A program made the translations under genes and the position numbers. The notes under the pieces were generated by a model, which did not search any database, was not told the DNA's origin, and worked only from the letters and a program-made list of their open reading frames with translations. A stretch of 64,000 nt of DNA from an uncultured Gammaproteobacteria bacterium (lineage in GTDB: Bacteria; Patescibacteriota; Microgenomatia; UBA10105; UBA927): NCBI GenBank assembly GCA_964430295.1, contig CAYSEV010000002.1:7024-71023 (forward strand), given 5' to 3'. Positions 10,559 through 19,760 of this stretch are shown here, piece by piece; position 1 is the first letter of the stretch; every line of letters begins with the position of its first letter.

Positions 10559-12787
10559 ATGAAACGTTTAGACATGTCAGCCATAGGATTATTCATACTT
10601 CTTGCCGGCGTATTTTTTTATAAAACGCTGCTGTTTGGTCTTCTGCCAGTGCCGTCTGACGATTTGGTTGGCTTATATCATCCGTACAGAGACCTCAAAG
10701 CCGCAGAGTATCCAAACGGTATTCCGTATAAAAATTTTCTGATAACCGATCCTATACGTCAGCAGATCCCATGGAGAAAACAGGCGATTGATTCATTCAA
10801 AAAAGGAAAACTTCCGTTGTGGGATACCACATCATTTTCGGGCACACCGCTTTTGGCAAATATACAATCAGGTGCATTGTATCCGTTTAACATTCTGTTT
10901 TTTGTGTTGCCGTTTCAATCAGCATGGACAGTACTCGTCATATCACAAATCCTACTTTCCGGCATATGTATGTACATATTCTTACGTGTGCTTTCTTTGG
11001 ATGCGATGCCGGCACTTTTTGGATCGGTGCTCTTTTCATTTTCAGGAACCTCAATTGCATGGCTGACGTGGGGAACTATTGTGTCTACATGGATGTGGAC
11101 GCCGCTTGCCCTTGCAAGTATCCATTCACTTTTCTTACATGAAAAAAAACAAACGCGCTTATGGATACTCCTTGGCAGTATCGCAATTATCTGTTCATTT
11201 TTTGCGGGGCATTTGCAGATGTTTGTGTACAGCATGCTGACAGTCGGCGCCTATGCAATCTGGCTGTACCTGTCACACGATAAAAAACGGATCCACTCTT
11301 CATTGATCGGTATACTTTTGAGTTCTGTAACGGTTATTTCGTATCAGCTTATTGCCATATTACGATGGCTTCCGCAGACAGCCCGGGCAGTTGGGGGGAG
11401 TGCATGGCATGCTGAAGGCTTTTTTATACCAATTCAGCACTTAGTTCAGTTTGTTGCACCTGATTTTTTTGGAAATCCTGCAACACTTAATTATTGGGGT
11501 ACATGGAATTACGGAGAAATGGTCGGATATATCGGCATAGCTGGACTTCTTTTTGCCCTTATTGGTATATCAAAACGTACAGCATTTTGGGGATTTTTGA
11601 GCGCAGTAGCGCTGCTATTTGCAGTGCAGTCACCGATCAGTGCTCTTCCATACATATTGCATATTCCGTTTGTCTCAAGTCTTCAACCGACACGGCTTTT
11701 GGTAGTAGTAGATCTTGCACTCTGTATCCTTGCTGCGTGTGGTTTTTCTGATGTACTCATAAAAAGTAAAAAACATGTGCTTCCGTTTGTGTTTTTGGGT
11801 GTTGTGCTTGTTGGACTGTGGGGTGTATATGCACTTCATAGTTCACTTGGTATATCGCTTGAAAATGCGTTTGTGATAAAGCGAAATTTATATATGCCAA
11901 TGCTTTTATTTGGGCTAGCTATCGCTTTTTCGATACTGCTTAGGTTTATAAAAAAACATGAACTGCGAATGGCAGTGGGCCTTCTGATTATTGGTGTTGT
12001 TGTCGTAGATTTGTTTAGATTTGGATGGAAATTCACACCCTTTACTGATCAGGCATTATTTTTCCCACGCACAAAAGTTATATCCTATCTGGAAAGTGCG
12101 CCAAAACCATTTCGCATCATGACGTTGGATGACCGAATTCTTCCTCCGAACACAAATACATATTACGGCATCGAATCTGTAAACGGATATGATCCGATCC
12201 ATTCGCTTCGATATGATCAGTTTATAGCGGCAATGGAACGGGGAGAAGCAAATATTGCGCCTCCATATGGGTACGAGCGCATTATGGTTCCAAAAAATAC
12301 GAACTCTCCGTTATTTAACTTGTTAGGTGTACGGTATTTATTGTCATTCAACGAGCTTACAGATCCACGATTTAAAAAGGTACTGACAGAAGGGCAGACA
12401 CATGTGTATGAAAATACTGCAGTTCTCCCACGGGCGTATTTAGTGAGTCGCGTAATTCATAAACAAACGGATCAGGAAATTATAAATACGCTGTACAGTA
12501 AAGATTTTGATTACCGTTTTGATGCTGTAGTCGAACAGCCTGTGGATGTATTAAATACAGAACTTCAACCGGGAGAGTCTGCAACCATAACTCACTACGA
12601 TGCAAACAGCATGACCATCCAGGTCAAAACCACTCAACCAAGGCTCTTAGTCATCGGCAACATGTACAACCCTAACTGGAAGGCTATGATTAATTCGAAC
12701 TCTAAACCTTTAATTAGGGTGAATTATATCTTCTGCGGGTTATTAGTCGAGGAAGGTGATTCCAAAATATTGTTCACATATCATTAA
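10559..12787 (+). CDS. YfhO-family polytopic GT-C glycosyltransferase; lacks the terminal TM helix of its paralogs
   Basis: 742 aa. Motifs DP.RQQIPWR, PLWD..SFSGTPLLAN.Q, GHLQ, PDFFGNPAT, NGYDP and LPRAY; ends at ...ILFTYH. Confidence 0.85.
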   Translation: MKRLDMSAIGLFILLAGVFFYKTLLFGLLPVPSDDLVGLYHPYRDLKAAEYPNGIPYKNFLITDPIRQQIPWRKQAIDSFKKGKLPLWDTTSFSGTPLLANIQSGALYPFNILFFVLPFQSAWTVLVISQILLSGICMYIFLRVLSLDAMPALFGSVLFSFSGTSIAWLTWGTIVSTWMWTPLALASIHSLFLHEKKQTRLWILLGSIAIICSFFAGHLQMFVYSMLTVGAYAIWLYLSHDKKRIHSSLIGILLSSVTVISYQLIAILRWLPQTARAVGGSAWHAEGFFIPIQHLVQFVAPDFFGNPATLNYWGTWNYGEMVGYIGIAGLLFALIGISKRTAFWGFLSAVALLFAVQSPISALPYILHIPFVSSLQPTRLLVVVDLALCILAACGFSDVLIKSKKHVLPFVFLGVVLVGLWGVYALHSSLGISLENAFVIKRNLYMPMLLFGLAIAFSILLRFIKKHELRMAVGLLIIGVVVVDLFRFGWKFTPFTDQALFFPRTKVISYLESAPKPFRIMTLDDRILPPNTNTYYGIESVNGYDPIHSLRYDQFIAAMERGEANIAPPYGYERIMVPKNTNSPLFNLLGVRYLLSFNELTDPRFKKVLTEGQTHVYENTAVLPRAYLVSRVIHKQTDQEIINTLYSKDFDYRFDAVVEQPVDVLNTELQPGESATITHYDANSMTIQVKTTQPRLLVIGNMYNPNWKAMINSNSKPLIRVNYIFCGLLVEEGDSKILFTYH

Positions 12788-12856
12788 TTTAATGTAATAA
12801 ACTATTTATAAGTGCGTCAGTTAATTGATATAGAAAATTTTGTTGCATTATTGATA

Positions 12857-12862
12857 TATAAT
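12857..12862 (+). promoter_or_regulatory. Putative -10 box of a leaderless transcript
   Basis: TATAAT lies 7 nt upstream of ATG 12870; no SD motif. Confidence 0.5.
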
Positions 12863-12869
12863 TAAATAT

Positions 12870-14474
12870 ATGGCCATAGCTCACCCCCAAACAAAAACGT
12901 TAAGTGAGTTGATTTCTAAAAAAAGATATGTCGTTCCTACATATCAGCGACCATATGCGTGGGAGTTAGATCAAGCATCGGAGCTATGGGAAGATATTAG
13001 AAATAATACTCCCTCATATTTTCTTGGCATATTAATATTGAGGCAAAAAAAAGATAGTGAATATGAAATAGTTGATGGGCAACAAAGATTAGCAACACTT
13101 ATATTATTATTACGAGCTGTTGTTGAAGTTTTTGGAGAGGGATCACAAGAAGGAATCGAGATACAAAATGGATATATCCATCAAAAAGGGCCACTTGAAA
13201 AAAATGCAGAGTTCACGCTGACATTAAGCAAAAGAGATAAGTTAAAATTCGAGGCGTTACTTACAGGCGGCGACTATATAGCTAAAAGGAAGTATGCGTC
13301 ATGGCAAAGATTGGAAAAAGTAAAAAAATTTTTTGTATCTAAACTTGAAGAATTAAAAAACACTGAGGGGGTTTCTGGCATAACTACATTTATATTAGAT
13401 CGGGTAATGAAATTAAATTTTATAGATGTTCAAGTTGAAAATGACAGCGATGTCTATTTGTTTTTTGAAACATTAAATGATCGTGGAATGGACTTATCGA
13501 TAGCAGATTTATTAAAAAATCGTATTTGCGCTTTATCATCTAATCCTATATTTCCTCCTGACGACGATGCAAAAAGAGTAGACGATATTACTGAACTATT
13601 AGGTGAAGGCTCAATTAAAAGCTTCTTGCTTCACTATTGTTGGGCATATTCAGATGAAAAAAATCCACCTCCCCGAAAAGCTCTTATGGATTGGTTTAAT
13701 AAAGTTATCAACATACAAAAGAATAGTTTTCTATCGAAATTAGAAGAAAATGCGCTAGCTTACTCATATTTAATTAAGCCAGACCAATTAAGAGGAAAAG
13801 AAAAAGAAGTGCTTGTAAATCTGAAAGTATTAGGTGCAACTAGATGCTATCCACTCTTACTGATAGGAAAACATATTCTGTCAGAATCCGATTTCATAAA
13901 ATTATGTAGAGCAGTTGAAATTCTAACCTTTAGACATAGTACAGTATGTAAAAAAGACTCAAAAATTCTAGAGTCTGTTTACTATGATCTTGCTAAGGAT
14001 CTTAAAAAAGGTGTTTCAATCGATAAAATTCTTGGAATATTAAATATACAAAGTAAGAAAATATCTGATGAAACTTTTTTAGCTTTATTTAATGAATATA
14101 TACCAGAGAATCATAAGGTAGCAAAATATGTATTATTGAAAATAGAAGATTCGTATAACGATGGTAAATCAACTCCCCCAGATAGAGAAAAAGCAACGTT
14201 GGAGCATATTTTAGCCCAAAAACTAGATTGGATAGATAAAGATGAATATGTCGAAAGATTAGGAAATCTGACTTTATTATCTGAGCCATTAAATAGAGAA
14301 GCTGGCATGAAAGAATTTATATACAAAAGGGATTACTACACAAAAGAAATTGGAATTCAAATAACATTAGAATTATTAAAATATTCTGATTTCACGGTAG
14401 AAACAATCAAAGAAAGGCAAAGTCTATTTGCAAAACATGCGATTAAAATTTGGAATCCAGATATTCTAAAATAA
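12870..14474 (+). CDS. DUF262-DUF1524 (HNH) protein, single-chain GmrSD/SspE-like modification-dependent defence nuclease
   Basis: N-terminal VPTYQRPYAW, IVDGQQRL and FETLNDRG (DUF262); C-terminal LEHIL.Q...LGNLTLL...N (DUF1524). Visibly more AT-rich than its neighbours. Confidence 0.85.
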   Translation: MAIAHPQTKTLSELISKKRYVVPTYQRPYAWELDQASELWEDIRNNTPSYFLGILILRQKKDSEYEIVDGQQRLATLILLLRAVVEVFGEGSQEGIEIQNGYIHQKGPLEKNAEFTLTLSKRDKLKFEALLTGGDYIAKRKYASWQRLEKVKKFFVSKLEELKNTEGVSGITTFILDRVMKLNFIDVQVENDSDVYLFFETLNDRGMDLSIADLLKNRICALSSNPIFPPDDDAKRVDDITELLGEGSIKSFLLHYCWAYSDEKNPPPRKALMDWFNKVINIQKNSFLSKLEENALAYSYLIKPDQLRGKEKEVLVNLKVLGATRCYPLLLIGKHILSESDFIKLCRAVEILTFRHSTVCKKDSKILESVYYDLAKDLKKGVSIDKILGILNIQSKKISDETFLALFNEYIPENHKVAKYVLLKIEDSYNDGKSTPPDREKATLEHILAQKLDWIDKDEYVERLGNLTLLSEPLNREAGMKEFIYKRDYYTKEIGIQITLELLKYSDFTVETIKERQSLFAKHAIKIWNPDILK

Positions 14475-14478
14475 AAAT

Positions 14479-14510
14479 GCAAATTTAAATTCCTAAGGAA
14501 ATTTATTTGC
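14479..14510. terminator. Imperfect AT-rich inverted repeat directly after the DUF262 gene
   Basis: gcaaatttaaattcct-a-aggaaatttatttgc can fold into a bulged stem. Confidence 0.3.
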
Positions 14511-14524
14511 CAGTAATAAGAGAA

Positions 14525-14601
14525 TTAGAGTTTATAGGGCAATTCCTTTTTGAGTTTATACATGTGGTAGAAATACATGTATGATTTTGGATCGCCGTTG
14601 G
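14525..14601 (-). pseudogene. Orphan 3'-end fragment homologous to the end of the gene at 15764-17089
   Basis: 66/77 nt identical to 15764-15840. Translates NGDPKSYMYFYHMYKLKKELPYKL* versus DGDPKSYMYFYHMYKLKKPLPYKL*. Confidence 0.85.
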
Positions 14602-14624
14602 TGTGTCTAAAAAGCAGTTGCCAT

Positions 14625-14645
14625 TATCAGCATCCAGTGCTGATA
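14625..14645 (+). terminator. Short hairpin followed by a T-tract; possible intrinsic terminator
   Basis: TATCAGCA-tccag-TGCTGATA followed by tgtcTTTTTTT. Confidence 0.35.
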
Positions 14646-14703
14646 TGTCTTTTTTTGCAAATATTCTTTTTTATCTCAAGGCGCTTTATTAGAGCCTATA
14701 GTA

Positions 14704-14732
14704 TAGACAATTAGGCATTTTTACTGTATAAT
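14704..14732 (+). promoter_or_regulatory. Near-consensus sigma70 promoter upstream of the lipoprotein gene
   Basis: TAGACA-N17-TATAAT. Confidence 0.65.
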
Positions 14733-14818
14733 TCTTGCACCAAATATTATGAAGTCCCATTAGCGGGGTTAACATTATATTTGTATAAAATAGCACGTTA
14801 AAATTGCGGAATTATTTA

Positions 14819-14858
14819 GTCAGCCTGTGAGAGCATGTTAGTGCTTTGACAGGCTGGC
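14819..14858 (+). other. Long hairpin in the predicted 5' leader of the lipoprotein gene
   Basis: GTCAGCCTGTGAGAGCA-tgttag-TGCTTTGACAGGCTGGC: a 17-bp stem with one G.G mismatch and two G-U pairs. Confidence 0.55.
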
Positions 14859-14907
14859 TTAATTCACATTGGCGATTTGTTCAGAAAATTAAAAAACGGA
14901 GTAAATA

Positions 14908-15624
14908 ATGAAAATGCCCAAGATTGTTTATGTATTGATAGCACTTTCTGTTCTCATAGCAGGATGCGGTCCGGCAGCCGCCCCTGAAATGAAGCCTATC
15001 AAGATGCTCGATAATGAATTCGCGACTGGAGCTGTAACATTCCAACATACTCTCCAGACACCCGACGGCGATGTCATCATTGAAACAAGCTATTCGACGG
15101 AGTATGACACGTCACAATGGCACATCACCACCCCGAAGTCGTTGGATATCAAGGCAAAGGTCATAAGCGCGCCTGTTGGGAAAACCATCTATATTGAGAA
15201 CATGCACGCAGATGTTTCACTAATCTGTGAGTATGAAACTTTAAATGGATGGAAGACTGATACGATGGATGACCACCTCCACACTGGGACCGCTCCTGGT
15301 TTTTTGATCACCAAGGATTATCAGTATGAAGAGTCATTCGCGATTGAAGGATTTTCTCAGACTCTTTTAGATGGGTGGGCATACTATAATCATGCAATCG
15401 GTATTGGTTCAGCAACAGTTGAGGAGAAGCCTCTGACTGAATCTAATCTGATTAACGAATTGCATGCAAAGGGGCAGCGATTGACCTTCGTGTACGATAT
15501 TTTGGTTCAAAACACAGGAGATGCCGCTCCTCACAAACACGTATTCTCTGATGAGTTCGGTGTTCCCGTTACCACGGTCGGGGTTAATCCTCCAAACTCA
15601 ACACCCACTGCAGAACCGCAGTAA
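14908..15624 (+). CDS. Uncharacterised lipoprotein
   Basis: 238 aa with a basic N-terminus, hydrophobic stretch and lipobox IAG-C20. GGAG SD motif upstream; Pro/Thr-rich C-terminal tail. Confidence 0.75.
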   Translation: MKMPKIVYVLIALSVLIAGCGPAAAPEMKPIKMLDNEFATGAVTFQHTLQTPDGDVIIETSYSTEYDTSQWHITTPKSLDIKAKVISAPVGKTIYIENMHADVSLICEYETLNGWKTDTMDDHLHTGTAPGFLITKDYQYEESFAIEGFSQTLLDGWAYYNHAIGIGSATVEEKPLTESNLINELHAKGQRLTFVYDILVQNTGDAAPHKHVFSDEFGVPVTTVGVNPPNSTPTAEPQ

Positions 15625-15763
15625 AGACTACTTACATGCCAATGTGAATATTTCCCGCGGTTTTTTGTTCGTGCAAACGCACTCTCCGACCAGTAGAATG
15701 GTTATCTTTTAAAAGATGTAACGTGAGGGTGTTTTTGCTATTTGCAAGATTAAATAGTCTACC

Positions 15764-17089
15764 TTAGAGCTTATATGGTAAAGGCTTTTTGAGTTTATAC
15801 ATGTGGTAGAAGTACATGTATGATTTGGGGTCGCCATCGGCGAAGTTTATGTAGCGGCCAGCCTCTGCTTCCTGCTGTGCAAATATAAAATTCTTTTTGA
15901 ATTCCTGCTTATTATCGCTTCCCATAAACTGATAGTAATTTGCTACTGCAAAATATCCCCAAAACACGAGTAAACCGAGTCTGATAAGTGTATTTTTTCG
16001 CATCCACAGTTCGTTACTAAACCACGCAAGAATCATGATGGCTACATAGAGTGTAGATGAAAAATAATAATCAGTCAGTTCACCCTTATATGTGGAAAAT
16101 ACAAACCATGGGATTACAAACCACAGCGCGGTTACGAAGCATAGAAGCATTGTCTTTTTGCTTTTATCCTTACGAATGAGTGCTAAGAAAAATACAGGAA
16201 CATAGAAAAACATTGCCAGTTTCAGTTTCTCATATGGCACCTGCATAATTGACTGAAATTTTATAAATGCATCAGGTGCCAGTTGGAGAACTCTTCGTAT
16301 GTGAAATCCGTGATAATAGGTGGCAAAATATCCTGAGTAATTATTGACACTTTTTGCATGAGCAGCTTGTGAATAATAGACAATCTGCGGGACGAAAAAC
16401 AGGAAAAATATCACAAGTGAAATACCATAATATTTTAGGTGTTCTTTATCCCATTTTAAAAACGGAGATGTACACAGGACTATCATCGGGTAAAAAATCG
16501 CAGTGAAGTGAATATGAAAAAATAATCCCATGACAACTGCCAGATATATACTGTATTTTGGGTGATCGGTCAGAAGTTTATAGAGATAATAGAGAATCAA
16601 CACAGAAAACGCAGGTAGTAAATTAACAGGCCACTGTGAGCGCTCAGCACCTGTAATATATGCACAAAACGTATAAATCGCCGTGGCCCATACTCCGACC
16701 CATGGTGAAAAAAGTTTTTTCGTAACTGTATAAATAATCCCAAAGCTAAACAACGATGTGACGGCAGCAAGAATAGGTGCTGCTATCGGGTTCAAGTCTG
16801 TGATCTTATACACGATGGCAACCAGGTAATAATACAGAGGCCCTATATACATACCGCTATTTTGTTTGGCAACCATACCGACAAGCGGGTATTTATGTCC
16901 TATCAATATTTTTGCGGCAGCCCAGGCATTATCCACCTGGTCCCAGTTAAAAGATGCCCACTTTTCCAGGTTATAGAATCGGAAAAAGAGGTGTGCTAAA
17001 AAAATAAGCCCAAGAACTATCAGGTGCGCATATGAAGAGCGCTTCGGTATGTCGGGTTTTTCTATACTCTGTTTTCGTTTTCCTGCCAT
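15764..17089 (-). CDS. ArnT/PMT_2-like GT-C membrane glycosyltransferase (DQ variant)
   Basis: 441 aa. First TM followed by F.WDQ.DN, then YIGPLYYY and QWPVN; many TM helices; similar to the gene at 30683. Confidence 0.75.
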   Translation of the reverse strand: MAGKRKQSIEKPDIPKRSSYAHLIVLGLIFLAHLFFRFYNLEKWASFNWDQVDNAWAAAKILIGHKYPLVGMVAKQNSGMYIGPLYYYLVAIVYKITDLNPIAAPILAAVTSLFSFGIIYTVTKKLFSPWVGVWATAIYTFCAYITGAERSQWPVNLLPAFSVLILYYLYKLLTDHPKYSIYLAVVMGLFFHIHFTAIFYPMIVLCTSPFLKWDKEHLKYYGISLVIFFLFFVPQIVYYSQAAHAKSVNNYSGYFATYYHGFHIRRVLQLAPDAFIKFQSIMQVPYEKLKLAMFFYVPVFFLALIRKDKSKKTMLLCFVTALWFVIPWFVFSTYKGELTDYYFSSTLYVAIMILAWFSNELWMRKNTLIRLGLLVFWGYFAVANYYQFMGSDNKQEFKKNFIFAQQEAEAGRYINFADGDPKSYMYFYHMYKLKKPLPYKL

Positions 17090-17138
17090 ATGTGTATTTT
17101 ACTTTATTTTCATAGGTATTACATGAGATAATAGGTAC
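17090..17138. promoter_or_regulatory. 49-bp divergent promoter region with two back-to-back leaderless -10 boxes
   Basis: Minus strand: TAAAAT (17101-17096) + 6 nt + ATG 17089. Plus strand: TGa-GATAAT (17124-17132) + 6 nt + ATG 17139. Confidence 0.55.
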
Positions 17139-18065
17139 ATGAAGAAAACAAACTCCACTCTCACAGTCTCCATCGTCATCCCAAACTGGAACGGTGTATA
17201 CCTCATGGAAAAACATCTCCAGAAAGTTATAGATAACGCACCCGGTGCCGAGATCGTGGTCGCAGATGATATGTCTTCCGACGGGTCAGTCACCTATCTC
17301 AAAAAGAATTTTCCAAAGGTTGTTGTGGTAGAAAGAAACAAACGTGAAGGCTTTGCCGCAAATGTTAACGCGGGCGTTGCAAAAGCGACAGGGGATATCG
17401 TCATACTTCTGAACACCGATGTAGAACCGGAAAAGGGATTTTTAAAACCGCTCTTATCTCATTTTGAACATCCGGACATGTTTGCTGTCGGTTGTCTGGA
17501 AAAAAGCCCGGAGGCAAATGGGGTTGTTCTTCGTGGACGCGGGTTAGCCCGTTGGACCAAAGGATATTTTATACATAGCAAAGGTGAAGTAGATGAGGGT
17601 ACTACAACCGCATGGGTATCCGGTGGCAGCGGCGCGTTCAGAAGGTCTATGTGGGTAAAACTGGGAGGTATGGATGTCCTTTATAATCCATTTTATTGGG
17701 AAGATATTGATCTGTCATATCGTGCACGTAAAGCGGGATGGAATATCGTGTTTGAACCAAAAAGTGTAGTGAACCATTATCATGAGGAAGGTAAAATTAA
17801 ACGCGAATTTACCCCCACAGATGTTAAACGCATTGTATACCGTAACCAGTTTGTATTTATCTGGAAAAATGTGTCAAATGTATCTATTCTTCTGTCACAT
17901 ATATTTTGGACACCAATTCGGTTAGTGCAAGCCACAGTATCGGGAGACATGCTTATGGTTCAGGGATATATCCGTGCAATTGGTATGCTTCCACGTATAT
18001 GGGTAGCACGGAGTAATCAGTCGAAGTTATGGAAAAAGGACGATGCCAGCTTAGGTGTGGAGTAA
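17139..18065 (+). CDS. GT2 glycosyltransferase (WbbL-like group)
   Basis: Motifs VIPNWNG, ADDMSSDGS, GFAANVN.G, LLNTDV and PFYWEDIDLSYR. Confidence 0.85.
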   Translation: MKKTNSTLTVSIVIPNWNGVYLMEKHLQKVIDNAPGAEIVVADDMSSDGSVTYLKKNFPKVVVVERNKREGFAANVNAGVAKATGDIVILLNTDVEPEKGFLKPLLSHFEHPDMFAVGCLEKSPEANGVVLRGRGLARWTKGYFIHSKGEVDEGTTTAWVSGGSGAFRRSMWVKLGGMDVLYNPFYWEDIDLSYRARKAGWNIVFEPKSVVNHYHEEGKIKREFTPTDVKRIVYRNQFVFIWKNVSNVSILLSHIFWTPIRLVQATVSGDMLMVQGYIRAIGMLPRIWVARSNQSKLWKKDDASLGVE

Positions 18066-18069
18066 TGCT

Positions 18070-19743
18070 ATGAATAGGCAAATCAGATATTCATTTATGC
18101 GGTTTATAAAATCGCATGCGCTTCTTTTGTGTATTCTTGCTATTGGTATTTTTTTACGGGTCTATCACTTTAATCAAAATCCTCCTTCCTTAAATTGGGA
18201 TGAAGTATCAATCGGGTATAACGCATATTCCATCCTCAAAACAGGCAAAGACGAATTTGGCACTGTTATGCCACTCTATTTTCGTTCACTCGATGATTAT
18301 AAAATGCCGGTCTATGTGTATATGACAGCCGTCTCCATAAAAATTTTTGGATATAATAATACTGCAATCCGTTTACCGTCACTTCTATTTGGTATTCTTG
18401 CTATATATCTACTCTATATACTTGCAATGGAGCTTTCCCGAAAAAAAGACATTGCACTTACCGCCAGCTTTGTCATTGCGATCACGCCATGGAATGTTAT
18501 GTTTTCCCGTATGGCATCAGAAGCAAATGTTGCGCTGTCTCTCACGCTACTCGCGATAATCGTATTCTTACGAGGTCTAAGAAAAGATATAGCGTTGTTA
18601 TCCATATCTGTCCTTGTATTTGGTATCGCATCCTATACCTATTTGAGCTTTCGTGCAGTTGCACCTCTGATCGGGGCATCCCTCTTTCTTATTCACATAA
18701 AGGAAATCTTGAAATCAAGACAAACCCTGTTGTATATCCTGCTGCCGGGCATACTTGTCGGAGGTTTTCTTGTCAGAGACCTTATGTCCTCAACCGCTGC
18801 GATCAGATTCTCCGGAACTAATTTTTTATCCCATTCCAGTGAACTTCTTGAGATAAACGAAAAAGAAATGGCATATGATGGAACTCTTGGTATAAACATA
18901 CCACGACGTATTATTCATGACTCTCCAATATTTTCCGGGTTTCAGATTATTGCACGGGCATATCTTTCTCATTTTTCTGCAGACTTTCTTTTATATGGCA
19001 CAGGACACAAACAGGAAAGTTCAATATTTAGCGGGCTTATATATCTGTGGATGCTTCCATGCATGCTTTTGGGACTGTATATCCTCTTTGTTACACAAAG
19101 GAAGACAACAATAGCCGCAATTCTCTTATGGATTCTTATACCACCACTTCCCGCATCTATCACTTGGGATGCTCCGCATGCTATCCGCACATTGGGACTT
19201 TCTGTAGGACTCATCTTTCTTACCGCATTTGGATTATCAGGAATACTCACGTATATAACGAAACAAGCCGGCATACTGCAAAAAACAGGATTGTATATAC
19301 TGGTGAGTCTTCTGATTGGTTTTGAAGGATTTGTTTTTTTCCATCAGTACATGATTCATGTTCCACATGAGAGGTCAGCTCATTGGCAGTATTCATATAA
19401 AGAAATGTCAGAATATCTGGAATCTGTCAAAGACAGCTACGATAAAATTATTGTCTCAACCAAACTTGAATGGCCATATGCATTTATGTTGTATTATTCA
19501 CAATATGATCCAGCAACATATCTTGCACAAGGTGGGACCAGGTCCGGGAGCTGGAGTTCAGAGATAAACAAGTATGACAAATTCGAATTTCGCCGCATAG
19601 ACCAACAAAAAGATTTTGCCACACCAAATATCCTCATGGTTGGGGATCCGGATGATTTTTCCAATAGAAAAGATTTTATACGTTCTTTCCACTATCTGGA
19701 TGGCAAAACGTCTATTGTTGTTTTTGAATCCTCGAGAAAATAG
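18070..19743 (+). CDS. ArnT/PMT-like GT-C glycosyltransferase (DE motif)
   Basis: Motifs NPPSLNWDEVSIGYNAYSILKTGKDE, DYK.P, RLPS, PW..FSR..EAN, PHA.R and WQY.Y. The start could be 18070 or 18097. Confidence 0.8.
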   Translation: MNRQIRYSFMRFIKSHALLLCILAIGIFLRVYHFNQNPPSLNWDEVSIGYNAYSILKTGKDEFGTVMPLYFRSLDDYKMPVYVYMTAVSIKIFGYNNTAIRLPSLLFGILAIYLLYILAMELSRKKDIALTASFVIAITPWNVMFSRMASEANVALSLTLLAIIVFLRGLRKDIALLSISVLVFGIASYTYLSFRAVAPLIGASLFLIHIKEILKSRQTLLYILLPGILVGGFLVRDLMSSTAAIRFSGTNFLSHSSELLEINEKEMAYDGTLGINIPRRIIHDSPIFSGFQIIARAYLSHFSADFLLYGTGHKQESSIFSGLIYLWMLPCMLLGLYILFVTQRKTTIAAILLWILIPPLPASITWDAPHAIRTLGLSVGLIFLTAFGLSGILTYITKQAGILQKTGLYILVSLLIGFEGFVFFHQYMIHVPHERSAHWQYSYKEMSEYLESVKDSYDKIIVSTKLEWPYAFMLYYSQYDPATYLAQGGTRSGSWSSEINKYDKFEFRRIDQQKDFATPNILMVGDPDDFSNRKDFIRSFHYLDGKTSIVVFESSRK

Positions 19744-19760
19744 ATCGTATAAATGTGATA

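Noticed and set aside
14646-14672. Extension of the orphan fragment's homology (tgcaaatattctttttt versus tgcaaatataaaattcttttt near 15878)
   Set aside because: The match is short, AT-rich, out of frame and differently spaced; it cannot be distinguished from chance.
12788-15763. Integron cassette array (hairpins as attC sites)
   Set aside because: No convincing RYYYAAC...GTTRRRY boxes bracket the hairpins, the hairpins are unlike each other, and no integrase is present.
14525-15840. The repeat pair as the template and variable repeats of a diversity-generating retroelement
   Set aside because: Mismatches are not confined to adenines of either copy (e.g. gac/gat, tac/tat) and are mostly synonymous; no reverse transcriptase is in the window.
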